Shown in pieces: positions 9,951 through 19,208 of a stretch of DNA of 43,926 nucleotides; position 1 is the first letter of the stretch; each line of letters starts with the position of its first letter. The notes below the pieces were generated by a model. The model did not search any database. It was given only the letters and a program-made list of their open reading frames with translations, and had not been told where the DNA came from. Source of the stretch: a virus. Lineage: Duplodnaviria; Caudoviricetes. Position numbers and translations under genes: made by a program. Location of the stretch: IMG/VR virus record IMGVR_UViG_3300017589_000255, positions 1-43,926 of that record. The stretch is one strand, 5' to 3'.

Positions 9951-10525
9951 TATCCTTCACCTCCAATATTTGCAAGGTCATCAAGCCAAGCAACAGCTTT
10001 TGCCTCAGTGTCAAAGGTCGCTTCCTCTTTCCAAACACCCAAAACATCAGTGAGAATTGTTCCCTCAACGGTTGGTGTCTGAAAATTAATTGCGTCGCCT
10101 TTGGTTTCAAGGCTTTCATTTGGAATTCCAAACTTAACTTTTGTAAGCCAAATTGCTCTGTATTTTCGAGCGCCATTTTTTATGGTAGTCGCATAAAAAC
10201 CTACCCCGACGCACTTTCCGTCATCATCACCCTTTGCAACAAGCTTTTGCTCTGTTCCCGGTGTAAGCGTTGAAAGCGTATGCCCTAAAATCAATGCTAA
10301 AACCTCATAGCTTAAATGGTCGCCATTTAAAGAAACCTTCCCCGACTTGAATTCCTTAATATTTTCAACCAACATATCATTGGCATAGAGTTTTCCCTCG
10401 TTGATTTCAATAGAAATATCAGCCTTGATTGCCTTTGACATAACCATTCCAGCGTTATAGGTTGCAACGCTATCTGTTTCAGTAAGCTCTGAACATATTA
10501 AATATTTTAGTCCTATTTGTGCCAT
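9950..10525 (-). CDS. Major tail protein (phi13-like)
   Basis: MAQIGLK...LYAND...KVKFGIP...TKGDAINFQTPTVEG. Confidence 0.85.
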   Translation of the reverse strand: MAQIGLKYLICSELTETDSVATYNAGMVMSKAIKADISIEINEGKLYANDMLVENIKEFKSGKVSLNGDHLSYEVLALILGHTLSTLTPGTEQKLVAKGDDDGKCVGVGFYATTIKNGARKYRAIWLTKVKFGIPNESLETKGDAINFQTPTVEGTILTDVLGVWKEEATFDTEAKAVAWLDDLANIGGEG

Positions 10526-10528
10526 ATC

Positions 10529-10870
10529 CTAAACCTCCGTTTCGTAATGTTTCGCTATATCAATGGCATAATTATGATAGCCAGTATCATTTTCATGCCC
10601 TACATAGCGCCGTTCGGTAATAGTAAAATCAGCCTGTAACAAAAGCTTTACAAGCTGATTTTTTCTTTGTGTATAATTATTTTTGCTAAAAAGCGACAGC
10701 CTTACTTCTTGAACTTCAAGCAGTGGATTGTTGTCCCCAAAAACTGCAAAGGTGTCAACAAGCGGAGTAATTACAATATATTCATCGGAAAGAACGCCAC
10801 TGAACACTCCTGTTTCTACAGGAATATCTATTGTTTCTATAAGGGTATTAAGTTCAGATAAAATGCTCAT
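10529..10870 (-). CDS. Tail terminator / neck protein
   Basis: Position; HENDTGYHNYAIDI C-terminal motif. Confidence 0.7.
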   Translation of the reverse strand: MSILSELNTLIETIDIPVETGVFSGVLSDEYIVITPLVDTFAVFGDNNPLLEVQEVRLSLFSKNNYTQRKNQLVKLLLQADFTITERRYVGHENDTGYHNYAIDIAKHYETEV

Positions 10871-11298
10871 AGATTATCGATCTCACTTTCCAGCTTGTTT
10901 TTCATAGCTTCAATGCAAGACTTTTTGCTTTGAATTTTTGCAGGCTTTAGGAATGGCTTTGGTGGCTGACCACTTTTCCCGTATTCAAGAATGTTAGCTA
11001 TTTTAGCATTGCTTCCACCATCAGAACGAGGCTCGTCAAACCCAACTTTAACATTAAAATTCCCGTTATCATCTTGCTTTGCAGGAGGTATCCCAAGAGC
11101 ATAAATAAGCTGTCCAGTAGAACGGCTTTCTATTTTTGTGTTATTACCAACCACAGATTGAAGATTGCTTTTTACTTTTGTGAGTACAACCTCTGCACCG
11201 ACTTCAAGCACCTTAGGAACAATTTCATCAGTTTTTTCAGCAAGGCGAGATACCTTTAAGAGAAAATCCTCCGGCATATTAAAATCACATCTAGCCAT
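10867..11298 (-). CDS. HK97 gp10-family tail completion protein
   Basis: TGQL...LEYGKSGQPPKPFLKPA motif. Confidence 0.85.
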   Translation of the reverse strand: MARCDFNMPEDFLLKVSRLAEKTDEIVPKVLEVGAEVVLTKVKSNLQSVVGNNTKIESRSTGQLIYALGIPPAKQDDNGNFNVKVGFDEPRSDGGSNAKIANILEYGKSGQPPKPFLKPAKIQSKKSCIEAMKNKLESEIDNL

Positions 11299-11617
11299 CA
11301 ACACTCACTCCCAATATCTCAAGATACATACCTTTGTTTTTCACATTTTCCATCGAATAAATATCATAACGCTTACCATCACAAACGATAATATGCTTGT
11401 TGGTGATTTCAATATTAGAAATATGACGAAGTCTGAACAGGGCATTTACAGAATTATTCTGCGACAAATTAAGCCACTTTTCAGTTGAGTTTTTCTGCTC
11501 AAAATATGCTTTCACACTTGCGACAATATTATCGCCGGTTGTTACAAACCCCTCGATATCCTTAACAGGCTCGGTGGAGATTATATTAATTTTTGTATTC
11601 ATTTTCCCAAAGCTCAT
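11291..11617 (-). CDS. Head-tail adaptor / head closure protein
   Basis: MSFGKMN...FRLR...GKRYDI pattern and position. Confidence 0.8.
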   Translation of the reverse strand: MSFGKMNTKINIISTEPVKDIEGFVTTGDNIVASVKAYFEQKNSTEKWLNLSQNNSVNALFRLRHISNIEITNKHIIVCDGKRYDIYSMENVKNKGMYLEILGVSVDG

Positions 11618-11618
11618 A

Positions 11619-11927
11619 CTAAATCACCCAATCCTTATTAAGCCTTAAAAGCATATTCACAACATTCCAGACTTGCTCACTCGCCTGCACATTATCAGAG
11701 AAAAACCCAGCAGTAGAGCCATCTCTACTTTCATAGAAATGGCTGGAAAGCATTATTACTGCTTGCTCAGTGGTCGGGTGCATTGAGTTTTCCGAATAAA
11801 AACCCTCTGCTTTTTTCTGATAGCTTTCAGCATAGGCTGTTGCAGCTGTGATATAATTTTGAAGAAGTGTATCGTCCTCATTATGCTCGAGAATTAAGTT
11901 AGCTTTGACTTTTTCAAGCAAAGTCAT
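11619..11927 (-). CDS. Head-tail connector (gp6-like)
   Basis: LEKVKANL...EDDTLL...QAVIMLSSHFYESR. Confidence 0.85.
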   Translation of the reverse strand: MTLLEKVKANLILEHNEDDTLLQNYITAATAYAESYQKKAEGFYSENSMHPTTEQAVIMLSSHFYESRDGSTAGFFSDNVQASEQVWNVVNMLLRLNKDWVI

Positions 11928-11955
11928 AATTAAGACCATTCCTTTCTGCCAAACT

Positions 11956-12045
11956 GGAAACTTTGTGACGGTTTTGGCTTGCCAAAATTTCGGTTATAAA
12001 GACCGAAAGGCACAAATTTCCGTTTGAAAGATTTATCTTTCAAAC
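11956..12045. other. Structured intergenic element: three-way junction plus separate hairpin
   Basis: Outer stem GGAAA(C)TTTGTG/CACAAATTTCC enclosing two hairpins; perfect 10-bp hairpin at 12022-12045. Confidence 0.7.
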
Positions 12046-13239
12046 TTATACCTTTTGCTGTAGAGTCTTAATTGCTTCTGGGAGAATTAGCTTACCATCA
12101 ACCCTTTGTGTGGCAATGAAACCAACTTGTCCTGTTGCAGCATAAAGTTCATTTAATCTCTTAAATGCTCTGCCTTGGCGGTCTGCCACCCAGTAATAAC
12201 TAAAGTCACCGAATGCGATTGATTTTGCAGCTGATGCGATTGTTGGCACAAATGAAGATGTCACAACCGGTCTAGTCAAAATAGTATCGGGAGTTCCGGC
12301 CACGATTGATGGCTGCCAGATGTAATTGCCGTTTCCGTCTTTTAGCTTTCTGATTGCCTTGACAGTTGCGTCATTCATTACAAAAGTCGAATTTTTTCTG
12401 TATGGAGATTTCAAGCTGAAAAACAAGTCCATAACCTCGTCAAGGGTTATAGCAGTTGCACTTGCAGCGGTTACACCAACCTCTGCACCACCTGTAGCAT
12501 TGAAAATTCCAGTAGGTTTTCCTGTGCCATCACCGATGAAAAATGCCTCTTCCTCTTTTGTGCCGATACGTCTTGCAAACTCTTTTGCGATATAACTTTC
12601 AAGGTTGAAAACATTGTCGTTTAAAAGCTCATCAGAAACTTTTATCATAGTCGCAAGCTTATATGCACCGATTGAAACTTGACCGAAGCTGTCATCACTT
12701 TCAGGAATAGCGCCCTCCTCATCAAGCCAAGATGCTGTGCCTTTTGTAACAACAACAGGAATTTTCTTGTCACCAGTTGAAGTTGTGATAATTTTTGCAA
12801 GTTTTCTGAACACATTTTCTTCTTCAAGAGCCTGAATTAGCGTTCTTTCAAACTCATCCGGAACTAAATATCCGCCCTCACTGTCAGAACCAATCTGTAA
12901 TGCATTCTGCAAGTCATAATGATTTTTACTTCTCATAGCTTTCCAGAATGCTGATTTGTATTCGTCACTGGCTCTGCCTGTTTTTGTATCACCAGTAACG
13001 GTTGGTTTGCTTGTAAGTGGCGAATTTAAAGGCTTTGAAAGCTCTAAATCAAGTGATTGCTGTCTTTCTAGACGGTCAATTTCCTTGCCTAAATTAACTA
13101 CATCAGCCTCCATTTTATCGTATGTAGCTGTGTCGTCTGCCGAAATAAGTCCGTCTGTACCTCTTTTTGTATCAAGAAAAGCTTTTGTAGCCTCCCATGC
13201 TTTTGCTCTTTTTTCCCTAAGTTCTAAAATTCTGTTCAT
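12046..13239 (-). CDS. Major capsid protein, HK97 family
   Basis: N-terminal coiled-coil delta domain; EGGYLVPDEF, GDGTGKPTGI, GQVGFIATQRVDGK. Confidence 0.95.
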   Translation of the reverse strand: MNRILELREKRAKAWEATKAFLDTKRGTDGLISADDTATYDKMEADVVNLGKEIDRLERQQSLDLELSKPLNSPLTSKPTVTGDTKTGRASDEYKSAFWKAMRSKNHYDLQNALQIGSDSEGGYLVPDEFERTLIQALEEENVFRKLAKIITTSTGDKKIPVVVTKGTASWLDEEGAIPESDDSFGQVSIGAYKLATMIKVSDELLNDNVFNLESYIAKEFARRIGTKEEEAFFIGDGTGKPTGIFNATGGAEVGVTAASATAITLDEVMDLFFSLKSPYRKNSTFVMNDATVKAIRKLKDGNGNYIWQPSIVAGTPDTILTRPVVTSSFVPTIASAAKSIAFGDFSYYWVADRQGRAFKRLNELYAATGQVGFIATQRVDGKLILPEAIKTLQQKV

Positions 13240-13250
13240 AAATGTTCCTC

Positions 13251-13943
13251 CTATTTAATAAGTTGTAATCTCTTATCGAGATTGTCGATTGGTGTGCCTG
13301 ATGGTTTTTGCTTTGGTGTAATCTTCTCAAGAAGTGAATTTGTAACGGCACGTCTGCTGAAAGTGAAGCTGTTTTTCGTGGCTGTCTGATTTTCCGAAGA
13401 CTTGTCTTTGAACATAATGTCATCAGCAAACCCTAACTCTAAAGCTTTATTTGAATTAAGCCAAGTTTCTGCATCCATTAATTTCGATAGCTTTGCTCGA
13501 GGGAGTGAAGTCTTAATTTCATAAGCGTTGATGATACTTTCCTTGACCTCATCAAGCATTGAGATAGCTTTTTGCATTTCCTCGCTGTCACCAATTGCGA
13601 CAGTTAAAGGATTATGAATCATAATTAACGAGCAGGGCGACATTAAAACCTTAGTACCAGCCATTGCAATAACTGATGCAGCACTTGCAGCAATGCCGTC
13701 AATTTTTACAGTTACTTGCCCCTTGTAGTCCATCAGCATATTGTAAATTTGAGCTGCTGCAATGCAATCTCCACCGGGTGAATTAATCCAAATTGTGATA
13801 TCACCATCTGCTGAAAACAGCTCATTTTTAAACTGTTTAGGGGTAACTTCATCATCGTACCACGACTCTTCAGCGATTGCTCCGTTTAAGAATAGGGTTC
13901 TTTCTCCATTATTGTCAGTAAAATTCCAAAACTTTTTATTCAT
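13251..13943 (-). CDS. ClpP-type prohead protease
   Basis: INSPGGD, GIAASAAS, MIHNP, ETWL...ALELGFAD; start MNKKFW behind RBS GGAGG. Confidence 0.92.
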   Translation of the reverse strand: MNKKFWNFTDNNGERTLFLNGAIAEESWYDDEVTPKQFKNELFSADGDITIWINSPGGDCIAAAQIYNMLMDYKGQVTVKIDGIAASAASVIAMAGTKVLMSPCSLIMIHNPLTVAIGDSEEMQKAISMLDEVKESIINAYEIKTSLPRAKLSKLMDAETWLNSNKALELGFADDIMFKDKSSENQTATKNSFTFSRRAVTNSLLEKITPKQKPSGTPIDNLDKRLQLIK

Positions 13944-15192
13944 TTGTTTCCTCCGTTTCATTATTTGTTGTATTTGCAAAAATTCCGGCATCTTGTAATT
14001 TAGTCATAGCGCCATTGACAAGGTATAAATCTCCGCCAAGCTCAGTTGGTATGCGATTTAAGTTTTCAAGCTCACGGATATCGTTAGCGCAAAGCCAACC
14101 ATTCTGTCTGCCTGTTGCATAACCCGCCATTCTTGAGGCATAATCACCACGAAGTAACCCATCAACATTAAACTTTATAAAGTATTTTTGCTTTTCAGAT
14201 TGTGAGAGCAAAGCCTTTTGCATTGACTGCTCCCATCTGACTACCCACGGGTCAAGCGTGTATTTAACGTATTCTAGGCTCTGTTGCTCAATATTTGAAA
14301 AGCTCGACTTTTCAAGGTCACCGACCATATGAGGTGGTATTCTGAAAATTCGAGCTATTTCATTTATCTGAAATTTTCTTGTTTCTAAAAACTGTGCCTG
14401 TTCTGGTGGAATTCCTATACTTTGAAATTTCATGCCCTCTTCCAAAACTGCAACACGATGAGCATTAGAACTCCCTTGATACACTGCATTCCAACTTTCA
14501 CGCACACGTTTTGGGTCTTTTACAACTCCGGGATGTTCTAAAACTCCACCAGGATTTGCTCCATTTGAGAAAAAGCTTGCACCATATTCTTCAGTAGCAA
14601 TTGCCATGCCGATTGCATTTTTCGCCATTGCGATAGGTGAATATCCGACCAATCCATCAAAACCAAGTCCGGGAATGTGCAAAACCTCTTCTTTGCGAAG
14701 AATGACTTCGCCCTTATCTGTTTGATACTGATAATAAATTTCACCACTTGAAGTTCTGTCCACCGTCATTTTATCGGGTAGAAGTGGATACAAGGAAACA
14801 ACCTGACCTCTGCCATCACGGATAATCTGAGCATAAGCGTTACCCCATAATAAAAGATGACTCATGAGTGTTTCCATAGTCTTGCAAGCAAGACATTTAA
14901 CACTAAATGAAGTCATCTCAGGGTTTGGCTCGTTATGGAGCAAATTATATAACGGGTGGGAGGTTGATTTTTCTTTGCCGGTATCTGTATATTCATAAAG
15001 CTGAAGTGGCAGGCTTGCTATTGTTTCTGAGAGAATTCTCACACAAGAATAAACTGCTGTGGTCTGCATTGCGGTTCGCTCATTTACGGTTTTTCCACTG
15101 GTGGTACTACCGAAGAAAAAGGTATGATTGCTACCGAATAGACTGTTTTTCGGTTTATCTCTTGAGTGGAATAGGTTTTTCAGTGGGTTCAT
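13936..15192 (-). CDS. Portal protein, HK97 family, with a short in-frame hairpin insertion at 14875-14897
   Basis: LLWGNAY, GYSPI, VLEEGM, QFLETRKF, SNIEQQ. Confidence 0.95.
   Translation of the reverse strand: MNPLKNLFHSRDKPKNSLFGSNHTFFFGSTTSGKTVNERTAMQTTAVYSCVRILSETIASLPLQLYEYTDTGKEKSTSHPLYNLLHNEPNPEMTSFSVKCLACKTMETLMSHLLLWGNAYAQIIRDGRGQVVSLYPLLPDKMTVDRTSSGEIYYQYQTDKGEVILRKEEVLHIPGLGFDGLVGYSPIAMAKNAIGMAIATEEYGASFFSNGANPGGVLEHPGVVKDPKRVRESWNAVYQGSSNAHRVAVLEEGMKFQSIGIPPEQAQFLETRKFQINEIARIFRIPPHMVGDLEKSSFSNIEQQSLEYVKYTLDPWVVRWEQSMQKALLSQSEKQKYFIKFNVDGLLRGDYASRMAGYATGRQNGWLCANDIRELENLNRIPTELGGDLYLVNGAMTKLQDAGIFANTTNNETEETNE
14875..14897 (+). repeat. Mini-hairpin element CATAG-TCTT-GCAAGC-AAGA-CATT
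   Basis: Same ends and loop as the element at 16230-16252, with a different self-complementary stem. Confidence 0.75.
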
Positions 15193-15220
15193 AGGTTGAC
15201 CTCCTTAAAAAATAGGTGCA

Positions 15221-15245
15221 AAAAAGCACCCGAAAGGGTGCTTTT
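15221..15245 (-). terminator. Intrinsic terminator after the moron, probably bidirectional
   Basis: AAAAGCACCC-GAAA-GGGTGCTTTT. Confidence 0.8.
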
Positions 15246-15259
15246 CATAATGTTTATAA

Positions 15260-15922
15260 TCACAAATGATTTCCAAGTTTGTGTGTTAATGCTTTTATAA
15301 ATATATCTTGTACTTTTATGTGCTGGTTTTCAGGTAACGAAAGCTCACAAAATTTTTCTAAGTAACTATTAAATTTTATAACATATTGATTATAATCTTC
15401 ATTATTTTTCTCATTAGAATAATATATGAATTCATACCACACTTTTGTATTATTAATAGCATCGTAATAGTCTTTGAAACATTCTCTATATGCCTTTAAT
15501 ATATAAAAAAGTGATTTATTAAAATGTTTTGATTTACAAAAAAACTTCAGTATTGGCGAAGAGTATAATATTAACATAAATTGACGATATATCAGATCAC
15601 TTAATTCTTGAGCACTTATATATAATTCAGTTAATACATTTAGAAAATCGCTAGACCTATCTTTGATATTTTGATTTTTTATAACAATACATAATTTGTT
15701 ATTTATAAGTTTAATATTGCTAAGTGATAAAAGAATTTTATGCATAATTCTTCGCTTTTCAACATAATAATTTACTAAAAAACTAACAAACACAAGTAAA
15801 CTACTAGAAAATACGCCAAACATAATACTTTTAATATTATCATTATCGGTAAGCACTCCTAATAAAACACTTAAAAAACAAATAAGAAAAGACCACCAAA
15901 TTGTAGATTTATACACCTTCAT
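15260..15922 (-). CDS. Low-GC moron: protein with two N-terminal transmembrane segments, function unknown
   Basis: Very AT-rich, two hydrophobic stretches, own terminator, inserted between terL and portal. Confidence 0.75.
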   Translation of the reverse strand: MKVYKSTIWWSFLICFLSVLLGVLTDNDNIKSIMFGVFSSSLLVFVSFLVNYYVEKRRIMHKILLSLSNIKLINNKLCIVIKNQNIKDRSSDFLNVLTELYISAQELSDLIYRQFMLILYSSPILKFFCKSKHFNKSLFYILKAYRECFKDYYDAINNTKVWYEFIYYSNEKNNEDYNQYVIKFNSYLEKFCELSLPENQHIKVQDIFIKALTHKLGNHL

Positions 15923-15964
15923 TAACACTCACCTCAATGACATTTTACCACAATATCCCTCAAA

Positions 15965-17586
15965 TTACAACACCAAAATTCCTCTTTCATCATAAATACT
16001 TCCACCAGTATTTCCACCGCACCGAATCGCCCTATCCAGCGCCATAATAGTTGCCACAGCACCGTCGATTTTCTCGGTGGATTTCTCTTTGTCGGGCTTA
16101 ATGTTCCCAGCGGGGTCGGTGCGAATGAAGATATTATCCATCATCCAACGCAAAACAAGATGCCCTCCGTGTGCTATTTTTTCTTCAAGAGTTAGCTTCA
16201 TCAGTTCTTTTGTCGGTGGTGACATATCCAATGCCACGCTTGCGTGGCTATGAAACCTTGACCGAATGGAACAACAGTGAACCCTAACCCCTCAAGGTTT
16301 TGTACCATCTGAACTGCACCCCAACGGTCAAAAGCAATCTCGCGAATGTTGTACTTTAAACCAAGTTGCTCAATAAAATGCTCAATATAGCCGTAATGCA
16401 CAACATTGCCCTCAGTCGTGAAAAGCTGTCCTTGCTGTTCCCATATATCATAATTCACATGGTCACGTCGCACACGCAAATCAATGTTATTTTCCGGTAT
16501 CCAAAAATAAGGGAGCACAAAATATTTATCATCTTCATCGATTGGTGGAAACACAAGCACAAATGCCGTAATATCAGTACTGCTTGAAAGGTCAAGTCCA
16601 CCGTAGCAAACTCTGCCTTCAAGTTCTTCTGGATTGACTGCAAACGCACACTTATCCCATTTCTCCATCGGCATCCAACGGATAGCTTGTTTAACCCATT
16701 GGTTAAGGCGAAGTTGTCTGAATGAGTTTTCTTCTGCTGGGTTTTGCTTTGCAGATTCACAAGCAGCTTTGACTTTATCTATTCCAACAGTTATTCCAAG
16801 CGAGGGGTTAGCTTTTTTCCACACCTTTGGGTCTGTCCAGTCATCCTCTTGCGATGCACCGAAAATTACAGGATAAAAAGTCGGGTCGTGTTTTCTTCCC
16901 TCAATTATATCAAGCGCTTTTTGATGCACCTCCCAGCAGATACTGTTCTGATTATCTCCGGCTGTTGTGATAAGAAAATACAGTGGCTGCATTCTCGCAT
17001 CACCACTGCCTTTTGTCATAACATCATAAAGCTTTCGGTTCGGCTGAGTATGCAGCTCGTCGAAGACAACTCCGTGAGTATTGAAACCATGCTTATTGCC
17101 AACATCAGCAGAAAGCACTTGATAAATACTGCCTGTTGGCTGATAAATAAGACGCTTTTGTGAGTCAAGAATTTTAACTCGCTTTGATAATGCCGGACAC
17201 ATCCTAACCATATCTGCTGCAACATTAAAAACAATGGACGCTTGGTTTCTATCAGCTGCACATCCATAAACCTCAGCGCGTTCTTCATTATCACCACAAG
17301 TGAGCAGAAGTGCAACCGCCGCAGCAAGTTCTGACTTGCCCATTTTCTTTGGGATTTCAACATAAGCTGTGTTAAATTGCCGATAGCCATTGGGTTTGAG
17401 CGTTCCAAAAACATCACGAATAATCTCCTCCTGCCAATTTATAAGGTCAAAAGGCTTACCAGACCAAGTGCCTTTAGTGTGTTTCAAGGATTCTATGAAG
17501 GCAACAGCATAATCTGCGTGGTTTTTGCTATAAATACTATCCTTTGATTTGAACTGTGTGGGTTTGCACTTATTAAGTTTCTGAAT
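15965..17586 (-). pseudogene. terL: Terminase large subunit, frameshifted near the C-terminus by a hairpin insertion
   Basis: Walker A IPKKMGKS, Walker B VVFDELH, GLDLSS nuclease motif in 16201-17610; DMSPPTKE...KIDGAVA continues in another frame (15965-16237). Confidence 0.9.
16230..16252 (-). repeat. Mini-hairpin element CATAG-CCAC-GCAAGC-GTGG-CATT
   Basis: Lies exactly at the terL frame break. Confidence 0.75.
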
Positions 17587-17621
17587 ACTGTCGCCTCCTT
17601 TGCAAAGCATTTACTCAGGTA

Positions 17622-17706
17622 ATTTAGAATAATTTCTAAATAGTCATTGACATTGTTGTTTTATAATGATACAATGTATTTAGAAAATTTTCTAAATACA
17701 TTGTAT
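17622..17706 (+). promoter_or_regulatory. sdpRI promoter (TTGACA-17-TACAAT) with two palindromic operators
   Basis: ATTTAGAA-N4-TTCTAAAT at 17622-17641; perfect 38-bp palindrome at 17669-17706 with the same core. Confidence 0.85.
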
Positions 17707-17720
17707 TGGAGGAATATTTA

Positions 17721-17999
17721 TTGGGATTTCCAAACATTTTTAAAGCTCTTTCAGACCCCGTACGACGGGATATCCTAGTCATGTTGAAGAAAGGTAAAAT
17801 GTCCGCAGGGGATATTTCATCAAGATTTGATATGACAGGTGCAACAGTTTCTTATCACTTATCACAATTAAAAAAAGCAGATTTAATCTTTGAAACCAAA
17901 TATAAAAATTTTGTGTACTTTGAGCTTAACGCATCTGTATTCGAAGAAATCATGCTTTGGATATCACAATTTGGAGGTAATAATGATGAAAAAAAATAA
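17721..17999 (+). CDS. sdpR: ArsR-family autorepressor, SdpR-like
   Basis: FKALSDPVRRDIL...TGATVSYHLSQLKKADL; TTG start after GGAGG. Confidence 0.85.
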   Translation: MGFPNIFKALSDPVRRDILVMLKKGKMSAGDISSRFDMTGATVSYHLSQLKKADLIFETKYKNFVYFELNASVFEEIMLWISQFGGNNDEKK

Positions 18000-18615
18000 C
18001 ATAACACTAGTAATAACGTCTATTATTTGTTTATCACCAGCAATATTGGCTGCATTTGTTTATGACAAATTGCCTGACGAGATTGCAATTCATTTTGACG
18101 CAGCGGGCAATCCTAACAACTACGCACCTAAGTTTATTGCAGCATTTGGTTTGCCACTTTTTCTTGCAATAATAAATTTTTTTGTTAACTTTTTTATATC
18201 TAAAGACCCAAAAAATGAAAATATTTCATCTTCAATGAAATTCCTGACGAAATGGTTAATTCCATTGTTATCTGTTGTTATAATGCCTGTTACTTTATTT
18301 AAGTCAATGGATGCAGATATTCCTATTGATATTATTATTCTTTCAGTTGTTGGCTTGATAATTGTACTATGCGGTAATTATCTTCCAAAATGTAAGCAAA
18401 ATTACACAGTAGGAATTAAACTTCCGTGGACTCTTCATAGTTACGAAAATTGGAATAGAACTCACAGATTGTCAGGTAAGTTGTGGGTGTTAGGTGGATT
18501 ATTGATTATTTTAAACTCATTTATAGGCTTAGCATGGATTATGATTGTAATTATTGCATTGATAATAATTATTCCTGTGATTTATTCATATTGGCTTTAT
18601 AAGAAAGGAGTTTAG
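17986..18615 (+). CDS. sdpI: SdpI-family immunity membrane protein
   Basis: LPDEIAIHF, GNYLPKCKQNYTVGIKLPWTL...NWNRTHR; about six TM segments. Confidence 0.9.
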   Translation: MKKNNITLVITSIICLSPAILAAFVYDKLPDEIAIHFDAAGNPNNYAPKFIAAFGLPLFLAIINFFVNFFISKDPKNENISSSMKFLTKWLIPLLSVVIMPVTLFKSMDADIPIDIIILSVVGLIIVLCGNYLPKCKQNYTVGIKLPWTLHSYENWNRTHRLSGKLWVLGGLLIILNSFIGLAWIMIVIIALIIIIPVIYSYWLYKKGV

Positions 18616-18684
18616 ATAATTTATCTCCATATCCTCCTAAAATTATAATTCACACGTTTTATTTCTTATTATTTCTTAAAAATC

Positions 18685-18730
18685 AGCCTCGGCTACCTTA
18701 ATTGGTAGTCGAGGTTCTATTTTTTTTTTT
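18685..18730 (+). terminator. Intrinsic terminator between convergent sdpI and GGCT
   Basis: CCTCGGCTACC/GGTAGTCGAGG stem followed by a long T tract. Confidence 0.75.
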
Positions 18731-18743
18731 AATCTTATCAGCT

Positions 18744-19179
18744 TTATCCCGATTCCTCCACAGCCTTCTTAAGCACCGCTACATCAAACCCAGCTGACTT
18801 ATACCCTTGCAAAATTACACTATAATAATAACAGTTTGGTGAGTTCAGTGGCTTTCCCTCGTTCATAATATAAACCATAGCCTCAAATGTTTTTCTGCCA
18901 AGCTTTACCTTGACTGTTCCCTTGCGATAAAGGAATGGGAAACCCTCATATCTGTCAAGTGCAGTTTCATCGTCAGGTGTAATTTCCCAAACCAAGCAAG
19001 GTATGCTCCCGTTTTCCAGCGGTTCAACCGTTGCCACAGCGCCGCCGTGTTGCCCCCCTAAAAAGCAACTGGTAGTTCTTTAGGGTAGTTACCCCAACAG
19101 GTTTTGCTGTGGGGCAACGGTACGCCATTTGTTCAAGGTTTAGGTTGCTGCCGTAAGCAAGGTAATATTTATTACGCAT
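18744..19179 (-). pseudogene. Gamma-glutamylcyclotransferase-family protein, +1 frameshift in a G6 run (19053-19058)
   Basis: MRNKYYLAYGSNLN...LLFRG joins VATVEP...LDRYEGFP if one G is removed. Confidence 0.85.
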
Positions 19180-19208
19180 TTAAATTTCCTCCTTCAAGCA
19201 GGTAGCTT

